From assembly GCF_009914755.1 (NCBI RefSeq), contig NC_060925.1: DNA of 64,000 nucleotides. The stretch is one strand, 5' to 3'. Position numbers and translations under genes: made by a program. Shown here one piece after another: positions 30,633 to 64,000 of this stretch. This DNA is from the human T2T-CHM13v2.0 reference genome, Homo sapiens. Numbering within the stretch: the stretch's first letter is position 1; every line of letters starts with the position of its first letter. A model generated the notes under the pieces. That model was given only the letters and a program-made list of their open reading frames with translations. It made no database searches and was not told the DNA's origin.

Positions 30633-31502
30633 GTGAGACCCACGGGGCTCCACTGTTCTTCCAGTCCTGCAGCTCCAAGTCTTCAGGCTTTGCTCCTGAC
30701 AGCCAGAAGAGGCCCCTGTCCTCATGTGTCAGGGATAGTTTGGTCATGGATACTAGAGGTTAAAACTGGGCTGTGTTGCCTGAAGGTATCTAGAGGTGGT
30801 GGTGGTGCATCCTGAACACCATACTCACCAAAGGGATCCTGGGAGGGAGGCAACAACACCAGCCTACAGAAAGGCATCATTTTTGGGCAGAGGAGGTGAG
30901 ACATTCTTTAGAGGCTTGATGCCTCCTGGAATAAAGGGCATCCCAGGCATAGAGATCGCTTAGCAAAAGGCAGGCCCACCCTGCTGATTAGGGCAGAGGG
31001 TGAGGCAGTCTGGCCCTTGGACCCTTCGGCCTACTCTGCCCTTTCAGTGCGCGGGAAAGGGGTCAGCTGTGTTCATTCAGACCACTCCCCGTTTTAGAAC
31101 CAGAAGGTGGCTGGCATTCGAAGTGGCTGAGGGCACAGGTTTTAGAAGGCTGTAGTTGAATATGGCTCCTAAGGGAAGCCCCATCTCCAACAGAAACCCG
31201 ATCAAAGGAATCTGCTTTGGGATTTCTCCTTCCTTTCAATATGCAACAGGCACTTGAAGGAAAGAGGGAACATCCCAGCTACTGAACCTCAGGAGCCCCA
31301 CAGGGCCTGAAAATGGGGAGAGGAAATACATGTTGACTTGGAGGAAGCACTTGGATATATCTTTGGTTGCTTCAGGGAAAGCTTTGGCCCCTTAAAATTA
31401 CTTTTTTCCTCCCTTTTCTCCCCCTACGGGTCTGTTGGGGTTGGCATCAAAGAAGGCAGGTAGGAAGGAAAGAAAAAGAAGGTGGGCAGCAGGCAGAAAG
31501 AG

Positions 31503-52216
<20,714 letters not shown>

Positions 52217-52811
52217 GGTGGACCTGCTTCAGGCAATGTTCTGAATGGTGAAAAACAACCTAAAAAAGAAATAACAGGAAAGTATTACTCAACCACAAAT
52301 TCCAGGCACACTAGGGCTGTGTGAATCTTTTTTTTTTTTTTTTTTGGTCTTACCCTGATCTAAAACAGCTTTAAAAAAAATCTTCATTCTCCCTATCTTT
52401 TTTTTTCTTTCATTTTTAAGTCCTCTCTCCCTTGCCCTTTTTAAGGTTTGCTATTAGAAGATCTGCTATGTAAGTTTAGAAATTATGGACTGGTGACTGC
52501 TGCCTGAGGTACATAGGCAGCATAGAAACATTAAAGTGCCAACTACTGCTCCAACCAACAAGAGTCTCCAGAGGCAAGGAGGCATGGTTAGAAAACAGCC
52601 CATTCAGCAGACACTGGACGGTACAGATCCTATCCCTGGGGTGTTCATAACCAGGACAGATCAGATTCTAGGCCACCAATTATAAAGATCAAAAAAGAAC
52701 ACTGTCACCTGATAATCTCCACAATGAAATCAAGCTGCCAATAGTGATTGATATACATCAGGATTAACTTTTCCAGTCCTTCCTTGGTAAATGGCTGTTA
52801 ATGTATAGCTA

Positions 52812-53146
<335 letters not shown>

Positions 53147-53575
53147 TTAAGTTTAGTTTGTAAATTGACTGAACGAGAGAATATAAAGTAAAAATTTTAC
53201 ACATTCAATATGTCAAACATGATGCTGAGTAAACTGTGCTGTAAGATTCCCTGGTGCTTTCTCTTCTACCCAACAGCTCCCTTTCTTGCTCCCATCCGGT
53301 TCAACACACCTGGGCCAAAAGGCTCTAGAGACAGCAGGAAATGTCTGGAGCAGATCCGGAAACCTTCCAGTTACTGTTTCTTATCCGGTGGGCTGAGCCC
53401 CTTTCCCTAGGAAATCCCCCAGCACTTCAGGTTCATGCTGAGCTATTGTTTTAGATTTAGATTACCGAATTCCTAGTTTTACAAGGATAGGAGAGGGTTT
53501 TAATTTCCACAAAATGGATATGACTACAGTCAAGGCACAATGAACTGATCCTCTTTCCACATCTTATAAAACTAA

Positions 53576-54100
<525 letters not shown>

Positions 54101-55691
54101 AAGTCCCCAATATTATAAACTCCTCTTTATATATTTAAAAAAAAAAAAAAGCAAAACAAGGGTTTATTTACATCAAATCTTAAAATACCAGCTCATCACC
54201 AAAACGTTGACTGTGAATACAAAATGCTTAAACCAAACTAAATATTACAGACATATTGTCTGACCAAAAGAGAAAAAAAAATCTTTCAGGCTCAAAGGGG
54301 GAGTAGAACCCTTCGGAACAGACTGCTCCTTGTTATGGACATTCTGATCTGCTACAAGTAAAAATAAAACAGGAAGCCAGCAGCTTGGGGAACAAGATTT
54401 CCTGTCACCAACAGCAACAGCCCAAGAACCAAGAGAATCAGCTGTTTGCTTATAACTTTGAACCTCCCTTTAATAGTCACTGTGTGGCAGCTGTGCCTAT
54501 CTTTGGGGTGCAGAGGTGTTTCCTGAATACTTGTCTACTGTCTAAGGAAATGATTTCCATTCCACTTCTCTGCTGAATTCCCCCTTTGACCCCATGGGTT
54601 TTCTAGTCCAAACCCTGGACTTTCCAATTTAACTCTTTCCCTCTTTTATTTAATGTAAAGGGTATCAGGTACTAAGATGCAATCTTCAGTAACACATGGT
54701 AAAGAGAGTTTAGAACAGGAAAGGTGGGAGGAGGTTACATATGAAAGAACCTTGCAGGGCTCTGAACACCATCCTCTAGGTGTCCTTAGATTCCCAAATT
54801 TCAAACTTTCAAGATCAACCAGAAATTTGGTGTACAGCCAGGAATGACTGGAAACAGCCACTGTGGCTCTTCCACTGGTAATCATTTGAGTACTCATTCC
54901 AGCTTCTCAGAGGAGCTAAAAGAACCAGACCACCTTGAAATGCTGTGCTGAATGTGACCAATGACAGGGCATTCTGGACTTTCCCTCTGGATACCTAATG
55001 GAAACTAGATTCCAGATGGCTACATAAATTTCAGATTGAGGGTGGGGGGCAAATTCTAACACCTTGGTACTTTAGCACTTATGGTTTTCTAAGTGCCTTG
55101 GATAAGCAGAACAAACAACTAACTGTATGTCATCTGTTTGGGGTTTACCTGGAACCAAGTTTTCTAAAGCAAATGGCTTATTGTCAAAAAGGCCACTTAC
55201 CACAACCAGCGGGAGGGTACTCGAGAAATAACAATATGTCAATATCTATTAGGACAAAACAATTAGAAAAGTTTATCTGCTATCGTTTAAAGTGATTTGT
55301 TTCAAAGCCACCAAAGAGAGACAAAATTCCTTGTATGTGAAATGACATGCACCATTGCTCATTTTTCTTTTGGATAATCAAGGATTGGTTTGTACAAGAA
55401 GCATGGAGTTATGCATGATCTGAACCACAACAGTAACTTGACCAAGAAGAAAAAAATCTTACATTCAGGTGAAAATAAACTTAGAATTGGGCAAAAAGAT
55501 TTCCAGGCTCTCTCTCTCACACTTCAAGTTATAGAAAATGTATCGGCTTTATGGAGTCGACACATTCTTAGGTTAGCACCCTGACTAGTACACCTTACTG
55601 TGTGATCTTGGGGGCAATTTTCCTAGAGACATTAAATAATATATATAAAATAAAAAACCCACTACAGGGCTTTTAAAAAAAGGCAGTTATA

Positions 55692-56059
<368 letters not shown>

Positions 56060-56079
56060 TCACTGATAAATATTTTATC

Positions 56080-56391
56080 TTATTATTTAAGAGACAAGGT
56101 CTCACTCTGTCACCCAGGCCTCACTCTGTTGCCCAGGTTGGAGTGCAGTGGCATGATCATAGCTCACTGCAACCTCAAACACCTGAGCTCAAGTGATGCT
56201 CCCACCTCAGCCTCACAAGTAGCCAGGACTACAGGCACATGCCACCATGCCTGGCTAATTTATTATCTTTTATAGAGATGGGGCCTTGCTATGCTGTCCA
56301 GGCTGGTCTCTAACTTTTAGCCTCAAGCAATCTTCCCACCTTGGCCTCCCAAAGTGCTGGGATTACAGGTGTAAGCCACCATACCCGGGCC
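56080..56391 (-). mobile_element. AluJ
   Basis: Diverged dimer with a small internal duplication at ~56100-56137. Confidence 0.85.
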
Positions 56392-58280
56392 CCTCATTGA
56401 TAAATATTTAAAAATACTTTTAACCATAGACATATTATATGGTGGAATGCAATATTTACACTAAAAATTTAAAGACAAAACTCTAGCCTTCAAAGGAATT
56501 TGGCAGGTTTTTCCTGGAGGCTGCTTCCAGCTGTGATCCTGGACCTCCTGAAGAACATATACTATCTCTTTCTTCCAGTCTTTCATAACTGGATTCCTCA
56601 TCTGAACCACAGAACAAAAAGGATGATTAGAGTGACAGTTTTCTCAATTCCCCTCAAGACTGTACATAACTAGCACCATTCTACGCGTACTGGAGAAAAG
56701 TTAATATATTACATATAATGAATGCCTAATGACATTAAGATTTAATTCTTTCATGGAACTCCAGTTGAGAAAGGCTCCTCTATCATCAGTAGCACCTTAC
56801 TGGTATAGTGCACTGGATGTTGGGGAACCACTGAATTATGGAAGGACAACAGGGTCACATTTGCATTTTAGACAAATCATTCTGCATAAGCACAGGAGTT
56901 ATATTTGGGCAGAAGGCTGGAAGTAAGAAGACCAATTGGGAAATTCTTCACAGGCTGAGAAGGAGAAAGTAGAAATGTAAAGGCCCACCCTACCACAGCT
57001 AGCAAATATGAACTGAGAAACTAGACAGGTGGCAGTTGCAGGGGTGAGTCCAGCCCCTCAGCCCCACCGGCTGCTCTCTTTAGTTTTATACAGTTATACT
57101 CACTAAGTGATAAAATGTATGTTTCTTTATCAAAAGCGTCAGAAAAGAGCTGAATGCTAGCGCCAGTGAAGGAAAACAAAGAGAAAGTGAAGAAAACCAG
57201 TGAAGTGGTGGTTCTTGGTCAAAAAAGGAAATTCTGGATACATGAAAGAGTGGAATGCCCTATCTTTATGGAATCTGTGAAGGTCTTTTTCAGACATCTT
57301 TTACTTTGATTAGGGAAATTATATACTATAGTGATATCTGCTAATTTGGGGATTTGAGAAGGTCTTACCTTGGGAGATGTCAAATAGGAGAGCAATTAAA
57401 TTAGAACTGCTGAGAATATAAAAGTTACAGGGAAGTAGATTTCAATTTATCTAGGTCATTTTAATTAGAATTGTCCGATAGTAGAATGGCTTATCTTTAG
57501 ATAAGGTTATGAGTTCTCCAGCCCTGTGCTCTGGATGACCAGCTATCAGGCACGTTGGGGGAGAAATTTCTAGCATTTATGAAGGTGTTGGAAAGTCAGA
57601 CTAGATGACCTCTACAATGCCTTCTAAATCAAAGATGTTATAATTTTTATTCTGGGCTTTGTGTCCTCATCTACAAAATAAATGGACTAAGCTAAACATC
57701 TTTTAGAAGCTTCCCAGCTCTAAAATTTCTAGATGTGCTTCTACCCAAGCTGCCATGATCTCCTCACTCAGCCAACATCCACTTGCATTCTGAACACACA
57801 ATCAGAGGCACATTTAGGGACTGTAGAGAGGGGCAGATTATAGCCATGAATCATGCCCCTTCTCCAGGTCTACATCTGTCTAATTACTAGGACCTGTGAG
57901 ATCTAGAATGGCCCAAAGGAAGTTCCAGACAGAGCCCTGAGGTTATTTATACCCAAGGGGCTCCTGGACTGATCAAGGAGTTAGCTACCCAAAAAATTTC
58001 AAAGAAAAACTGTATTTTGGACCAGCTCCAGACATCCAGGCCAGATTCAGCAGTAACCCCATCTTCATCTGTAGCAAGTTTCAGCCTAAGGGACTTGAGA
58101 ATGAGTCTGAAAACAAATAAAAGACTGCCAGAACTTCCTAGCCATGGCCTGGCAGTACCAGTCTGGACTGTTAGTGCCATGATGGCATTCGTGCTTTGAA
58201 ATGGAAACTGGATGAGGCCCTTTAAGGTCCCCTCAAACAGTGAGATTCTTCAAGTCTGTATATTTGAAGTTATCATGCAA

Positions 58281-58908
<628 letters not shown>

Positions 58909-58954
58909 ATATCCACCCTACTTTCTGAACTCTCATGACTGCTCCCAACAGCCT

Positions 58955-58995
58955 GGGGTGGGGTGGGGTGGGGTGGGATGGGGTGAGCTGGGGGT
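58955..58995 (+). repeat. (GGGGT)n G-quadruplex-capable tract
   Basis: At least six G3-G5 runs with short loops. Confidence 0.8.
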
Positions 58996-59493
58996 TGGAG
59001 GGTAGAAGAAAACAAAAAGGGAGGGATATCTGTGAGAGAAGGGAGGATGCACTCATCTGTGCCCCACACTCTGAACTCCTGTTATTACCAGAAGACAGAT
59101 AGATGACTGCTCATTCTTCTGGCTATGTTTATTACTAGCTGTTCATGACAAATAAACAATGCTACATTTTGAGCCAAGGTCACTGATAACACCTGCAGAT
59201 TTCTATGGTCACATCCAAAAAGCAAACATATTTGAGCTATAGCAATAACCATCACAACAGAAATGCTTCTCAAGGCAGTTCCTCTTTGAAACATACCCCC
59301 AAAATGCTGATCAGCAGTAGCAGGGGATGGAACATGTGGGGATGTTGCATGTGTGGCAATTAGGACTTCTGCTTTCACTTCAGCGTTTCCCACTGTTCTA
59401 TAGTTAACAGCACTTTGGATGGGGACATATGAGAAGAGGTTTACTCTTGAGTTTCCTCTTTCAAGAGATACATTTCTTTATGTTAAAGAACAT

Positions 59494-59815
59494 GGCTGGG
59501 TGTAGTGATTCACACCTGTAATCCTAATACTTTGGGAGGCAGCAGCAGGAGGACTGCTTGAGCCCAGGAATTCGAAACCAGCCTGGGCAATATAGCCAGA
59601 CCTCATCTCTATTAAAAACAAAAAGATTAGCTGGGTGTAGTGGCATGCGGCTGTAGTCCCAGCTACTCAGGGGGCTCAGGCAGGAGGACTGAGGATTGCT
59701 TGAGCCTTGGAGGTTGCAGAGAGCTACGATCACACCAGCTGGAGTGGTTGCACTCCAGCCTGGGTGACAGAGCCAGACCCTGTCTCAAAAAGAAAGAAAC
59801 AAAAAAGAAAAAGAA
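59494..59815 (+). mobile_element. AluJ
   Basis: Diverged dimer. Confidence 0.85.
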
Positions 59816-62399
59816 TATGCATTTCACTAGGTTTAAGAATTTCAGTTGGAAAGTCGAATAGTCATTTGACTTCAAAATGACAGACAATACATGGTCTTAC
59901 TGAAATTTAAGTCTGTATATTAAAATGTTTAAAGTATGAATTTACTGTTGCATATAGCAGTCCTCATTACCATGCAGCAACTACAAGGAAGAACACTTCA
60001 TTATAAGCTTAGGCACCCACCCACTTCCTGTTGAAATACAGGGTGGGGCTAAACTAACAAATATAACCACACTCTCTCTCCAAGCACAAGGAATGACAAA
60101 TCTGTTTAGGTCACTAAAACAATGTCCAAAGGAGCTAGTAGGACAGAAATGGAACTCCTGCGGTAGATACAGAAAGTATTTGACTGGGAAAACTGAGAAA
60201 AAGGGCTTACTTGTGATCTAAAAGAGATATTTCCAATTTCATAAAGGAATGACACACCAATTTTGTGCCTACATCCAATCAGTGTAGGGATACTTCTTGT
60301 CTTGATATGGCTTTAAGACAGTAGCTGAGGAAACAGAACTTCTAAACTCCAGTATCTTACTCCTTGAGCATAAGGTACATCTATGAAGGACCATTCATTC
60401 ACACCTGGTAATTCCATAACTTTTTATTATCTTTTGGGGGCAATAGCACCTTTTGTTCTTACCCTTTTACACTTAAGGGTCTAATCATAGTTTCGTTCTT
60501 AAAACTAAAATTGGGGGAATCTCTTTAACCTTCAAAATTGGTTTCTTCTAGTATCAACTTTTTCATAGAAAACTGTCTTTTAAATGGCCAAAATTAGACT
60601 CTCTTTTTAGCAGGATCCATCTGGTTGTCCAAAAGAAAATACATTTAAACTGTGAGTTGGAAACCTGGATTCTAGCTTTCAATCTAATGATGACAGGCAA
60701 TCGGGGATAAAATTTCAATTCATCCCTCTAGTCCAGCTGTAAACTACACTAAAAAATGCTTGAAAGATGCTATATGAAACAGAGATTTTGTATGCAAAGT
60801 ATTCTGAGCTCTGAGGAAAAGATTTACCCGCATAAAGTATTTCTTGTATCTCCATCTTGGCCCAATTCCTTGTTATGGATCCACTTAAATTACACAGGAT
60901 CTACAATGTGGTCACTGATGACTTTCAGTTACAGACAAAGTTCATTTTACTTTCCCAATCTAATGCCAATTTCTAGTAAAACCCATATCACCAAAATTGT
61001 ATGGTTTGAAATACTTCAAACTACCCATCTAAATGGGCTTTTACTTTGATTGGATAAATATAGATTATGAATAATTGTACTTATAAATGGAGAAATCTTA
61101 CCCTTTACTCCTAATAAGGTATCAGATTTCTTTCAGCCATTGTCATCAACTGAACATTAAATTTACACAGGAGTTTAACATGAAAAACAACTAAGCTGTT
61201 CTGAAAAAACAACACCCACACACAAAACAAAAAAAGTATCAAACCTCAACAAATCAGTTCAAATCATTCACTAGATTACTAGAAATATGTCAATAACTCA
61301 CACAAGCCCCAATAAAATACCCTTCATATTTAAACGATTCTTTTTAAATTTATAGCCAATGACAGAAGAGAGTGCTCTCCAGTTGATGGTACCCAGAAAT
61401 TTGAGATAAGAGGACAGATACAAAATGCATTCCTCTCCAAGTACCTGGGAGGAAGCCAAACCTGGGCATGTATTCTCCCAGACAAACAGCCAAAAGTCCA
61501 ATACACAGCTTGGTTTTATGGAAGGGTCTAACCCCATTTTACTATCATACTATGCGATGGAGAAGATGGGGCTAGACTGCAACCTTTCTTTCTTGGCTCT
61601 TGCAAGCAGCACTGAGTACTGTACTAGGTTAAACTTCCTTTGGTCAAGGTATTAGAGTACCCACTGGTGGATTAGCTACAGTGGCAGGTTTGAAAATAGA
61701 AGAGGAAGGAGATAATAAGAGCTGAACTGCACATCAGGCACTAAGTCTCAATTCATCTGGCTAGCTGTGTAACCATTTGTTTTAATTGTTATGATGCCTT
61801 ACTTCTTATTTCAAGCTTCTCTTTGCAGTAACTGCACCCTCTCTGGGATGGAAAGACCAAGAAAGAAACCAACTTTACACAACTGAGAAAGGCCAGGGAA
61901 AAGATGGTTGCAGAGCAACAACAAAAAGAAAATTCAGCAAAATGTTTTGTTGACACTTCAGGGCAATACACAAACACACTGTGTGGTCATGGAGCAGGTG
62001 GGCGGAAGCAGCAGTCCTGAGATGTGACTATTAATACACCAACTTAAGTGAGGAGAGAGACCTAGCAATCACAACTACATGTGAGACAAGGAGTGGAATT
62101 ATGGAGCAAATTGCCATGCAATTCCATATGAACTACTCAATAGCCAGCTGTAACAAGAATTCATTCCTGAAAAAGTGTCACACACATATCTGTCACTAAT
62201 GGCCAAGCCACCAGCAACTGACTAAGAGTCAGCAGCAAAGGGCAGCTGTACATCTACTTCCTCTCACAACATTCAGTCAGCACTCAAAGCATGAGACTTA
62301 CAAGCTAAAGTCCTTGAGCAGAGGGAAAAATAAGTATCTGTTCTTTCCTTTCTAACCTCAGTTTACCAGGAAGTTGCCAAAGCCCTAAAAATCTAGTAA

Positions 62400-62688
62400 G
62401 CAGTGGGGCAGAGCAAGAGCATGAACATTAAGAGACACAGGTGTGGGTTTCACTCCACCACTGCCACATTTTATAGCTTTGGAACCTTGGCAAGCAGTCT
62501 CTCAGTCTATTTCCTAGCCTGTTAAATCATTATCATGACCCCTTGTCTGTAAAGTTGTTGTGAAGAAAAATGAAATAATGCATGTATAAAACGTTTAGCA
62601 CAGTGCCTAGCACAGAATAATTAAAACAACAGTAGTAGTAATAGTAGTATCATGGTAGTAGTGGTGGTGGTAGTAGTAGTAGCAGTAG
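62400..62688 (+). mobile_element. MIR ending in a (GTA)n/(GTG)n microsatellite (62631-62688)
   Basis: gttgttgtgaagaaaaatgaaataatgcatgtataaaacgtttagcacagtgcctagcaca. Confidence 0.75.
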
Positions 62689-63047
62689 AATGATTGACAT
62701 CTATCTAGCACATGCCCTGTTCTAAATGTTTATATATGGTTCTCTTAAGCATTATACAATACTGTCTTAATAAGCTTCAGGTCGTATTAATGGTTAACTA
62801 CTAATTATAGTGCTGTTATCAATCACTGAATATTTATCAAGAAGACACTAAAAGACACAAAGAAGTATAAAATCTCTTCCCTTGACTCCAGGAGCTTATA
62901 ATTTAGTTCAGAGAGAGAGAAAACCACAGTTAAGTAACAATATAGCAAATAAATAGAAGTTCAATTATGACAATAGAAAGGATGAAAAGATCACTGTGAA
63001 CTGAAGGGACTGAACAGACTCCTTGGAACCTTAAAGATCTGAACTGG

Positions 63048-63365
63048 GGCTGGGTGCAGTGGCTCATGCCTGTAATCCCAGCACTTTGGGAGGCCGAGGT
63101 GGAGGATCACTTCAGCCTAGGAGGTCAAGATTAGCCTGGGCAACATGGTGAGACCTTGTCTCTACAAAAAAAATTAAAAGTTAGCCAGGTGTAGTGGTAC
63201 ACACCTGTAGTCCCATCTACTTGAGAAGCTGAGGCAGGAGAATCACTTTAACGCGGGACGTTGAAGCTGCAATGAGCCAAGATCCATGCCACTGCCCTCC
63301 AGCCTTTGAGACAGAATGAGACTCTGTCTCAAAAAAACAAAAGTAAACAAAACAAAACCCAAAAC
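63048..63365 (+). mobile_element. AluJ, TSD tctgaactgg
   Basis: Diverged dimer. Confidence 0.87.
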
Positions 63366-63503
63366 CTAGTATCTGAACTGGATAGAATTTGGATGTAAAA
63401 AAACAGACGGAAAGGTTTTTCAAGGAGAGCTAATATGATAAACAGAAGTCTTGAACTTTACCACTAGTATTTATGGAAAAGTCACAATTCCAATGGGTTT
63501 CTA

Positions 63504-63915
63504 CCATATTTCATCAAATTTAGGATGCCACTGATTGAAAGAGGCATTACGATTCAAGAGATGTTAAAATGGGGTGGGTATGGTGGCTCATGCCTATAAT
63601 CCCAGCACCTTGGGAGGCCAAGGAGAGTGGATCGCTTGAGCTCACGCTTTTTAGACCAGTCTAGGCAATGTGGAGAAATCCCGTCTACAAAAAATACAAA
63701 AATTAGCTGAATGCAGTGGCGCACAGCTGTAGTCTCAGCTACTCAGGAGGCTGATATGGGAGGATCACTTTAGCCCAGGAGGTCGAGGCTGCAGTGAGCA
63801 GTGATCACACCACTGCACTCCAGCCTGGTGACAGAGTGAGACCCTGTCTTAAAAAAAAAAAAAAGCGATGTTAAAATGTGAGGAAAAAATGTATACCTGA
63901 GTCAATGAAATATAA
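63504..63915. mobile_element. MER104-like (Tc2) DNA transposon split by an AluJ (63572-63864)
   Basis: TIR-like ends ccatatttcatc / aatgaaatat; Alu TSD gatgttaaaatg; family call from recalled consensus. Confidence 0.65.
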
Positions 63916-63924
63916 ACATATTAT

Positions 63925-64000
63925 TTTAGAGACAAGGTCTCATCATGTTACCTAGGCTGAAATTTAGTGGCTATTCACAGGCACAATCATAGTGCACTAA
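63925..64000 (-). mobile_element. FAM-type (7SL-derived) Alu monomer, cut by the window edge
   Basis: agtggctattcacaggcacaatcatagtgcact. Confidence 0.7.

Larger units (their letters stand above)
27550..31502 (-). other. WASF2: WASF2 long 3'UTR (distal end approximate)
   Basis: Alu-free stretch after the stop, ending at a GATAAA hexamer (27576-27571) with a GU-rich downstream element. Confidence 0.7.

Overview
Alu-rich mammalian genomic DNA, recognisably human. The gene order CD164L2(-), GPR3(+), WASF2(-) matches chr1p36.11 as I recall it. I rebuilt three protein-coding genes exon by exon with GT-AG junctions and consistent phases. CD164L2 has 6 coding exons and gives 174 aa, or 173 aa if the last intron is retained. 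GPR3 has a non-coding exon 1 plus a single coding exon (330 aa). WASF2/WAVE2 has all 8 coding exons here (498 aa) and a ~3.95-kb 3'UTR; its first non-coding exon lies beyond the window. The ORF track misses a decayed, Alu-interrupted RPS24 processed pseudogene at ~12.75-13.55 kb. The rest is about 40 Alus, L1/L2/MIR fragments and DNA-transposon relics. I found no evidence of a wholly new multi-gene system. The best leads are smaller. (1) A splice donor overlapping a stop codon toggles the CD164L2 tail between YQTL-COOH and QTLI-COOH. (2) WASF2 exon-8 skipping gives an NMD-escaping, VCA-less protein. (3) The promoter of the cAMP-raising receptor GPR3 is dense in CREs. (4) GPR3 carries cryptic decayed tandem repeats, one with a perfect heat-shock element. 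(5) Two L1 3' ends sit inside one apparent TSD. (6) A locally templated ~260-bp insertion is flanked by a direct repeat. Repeat boundaries and subfamily calls are by eye and approximate.
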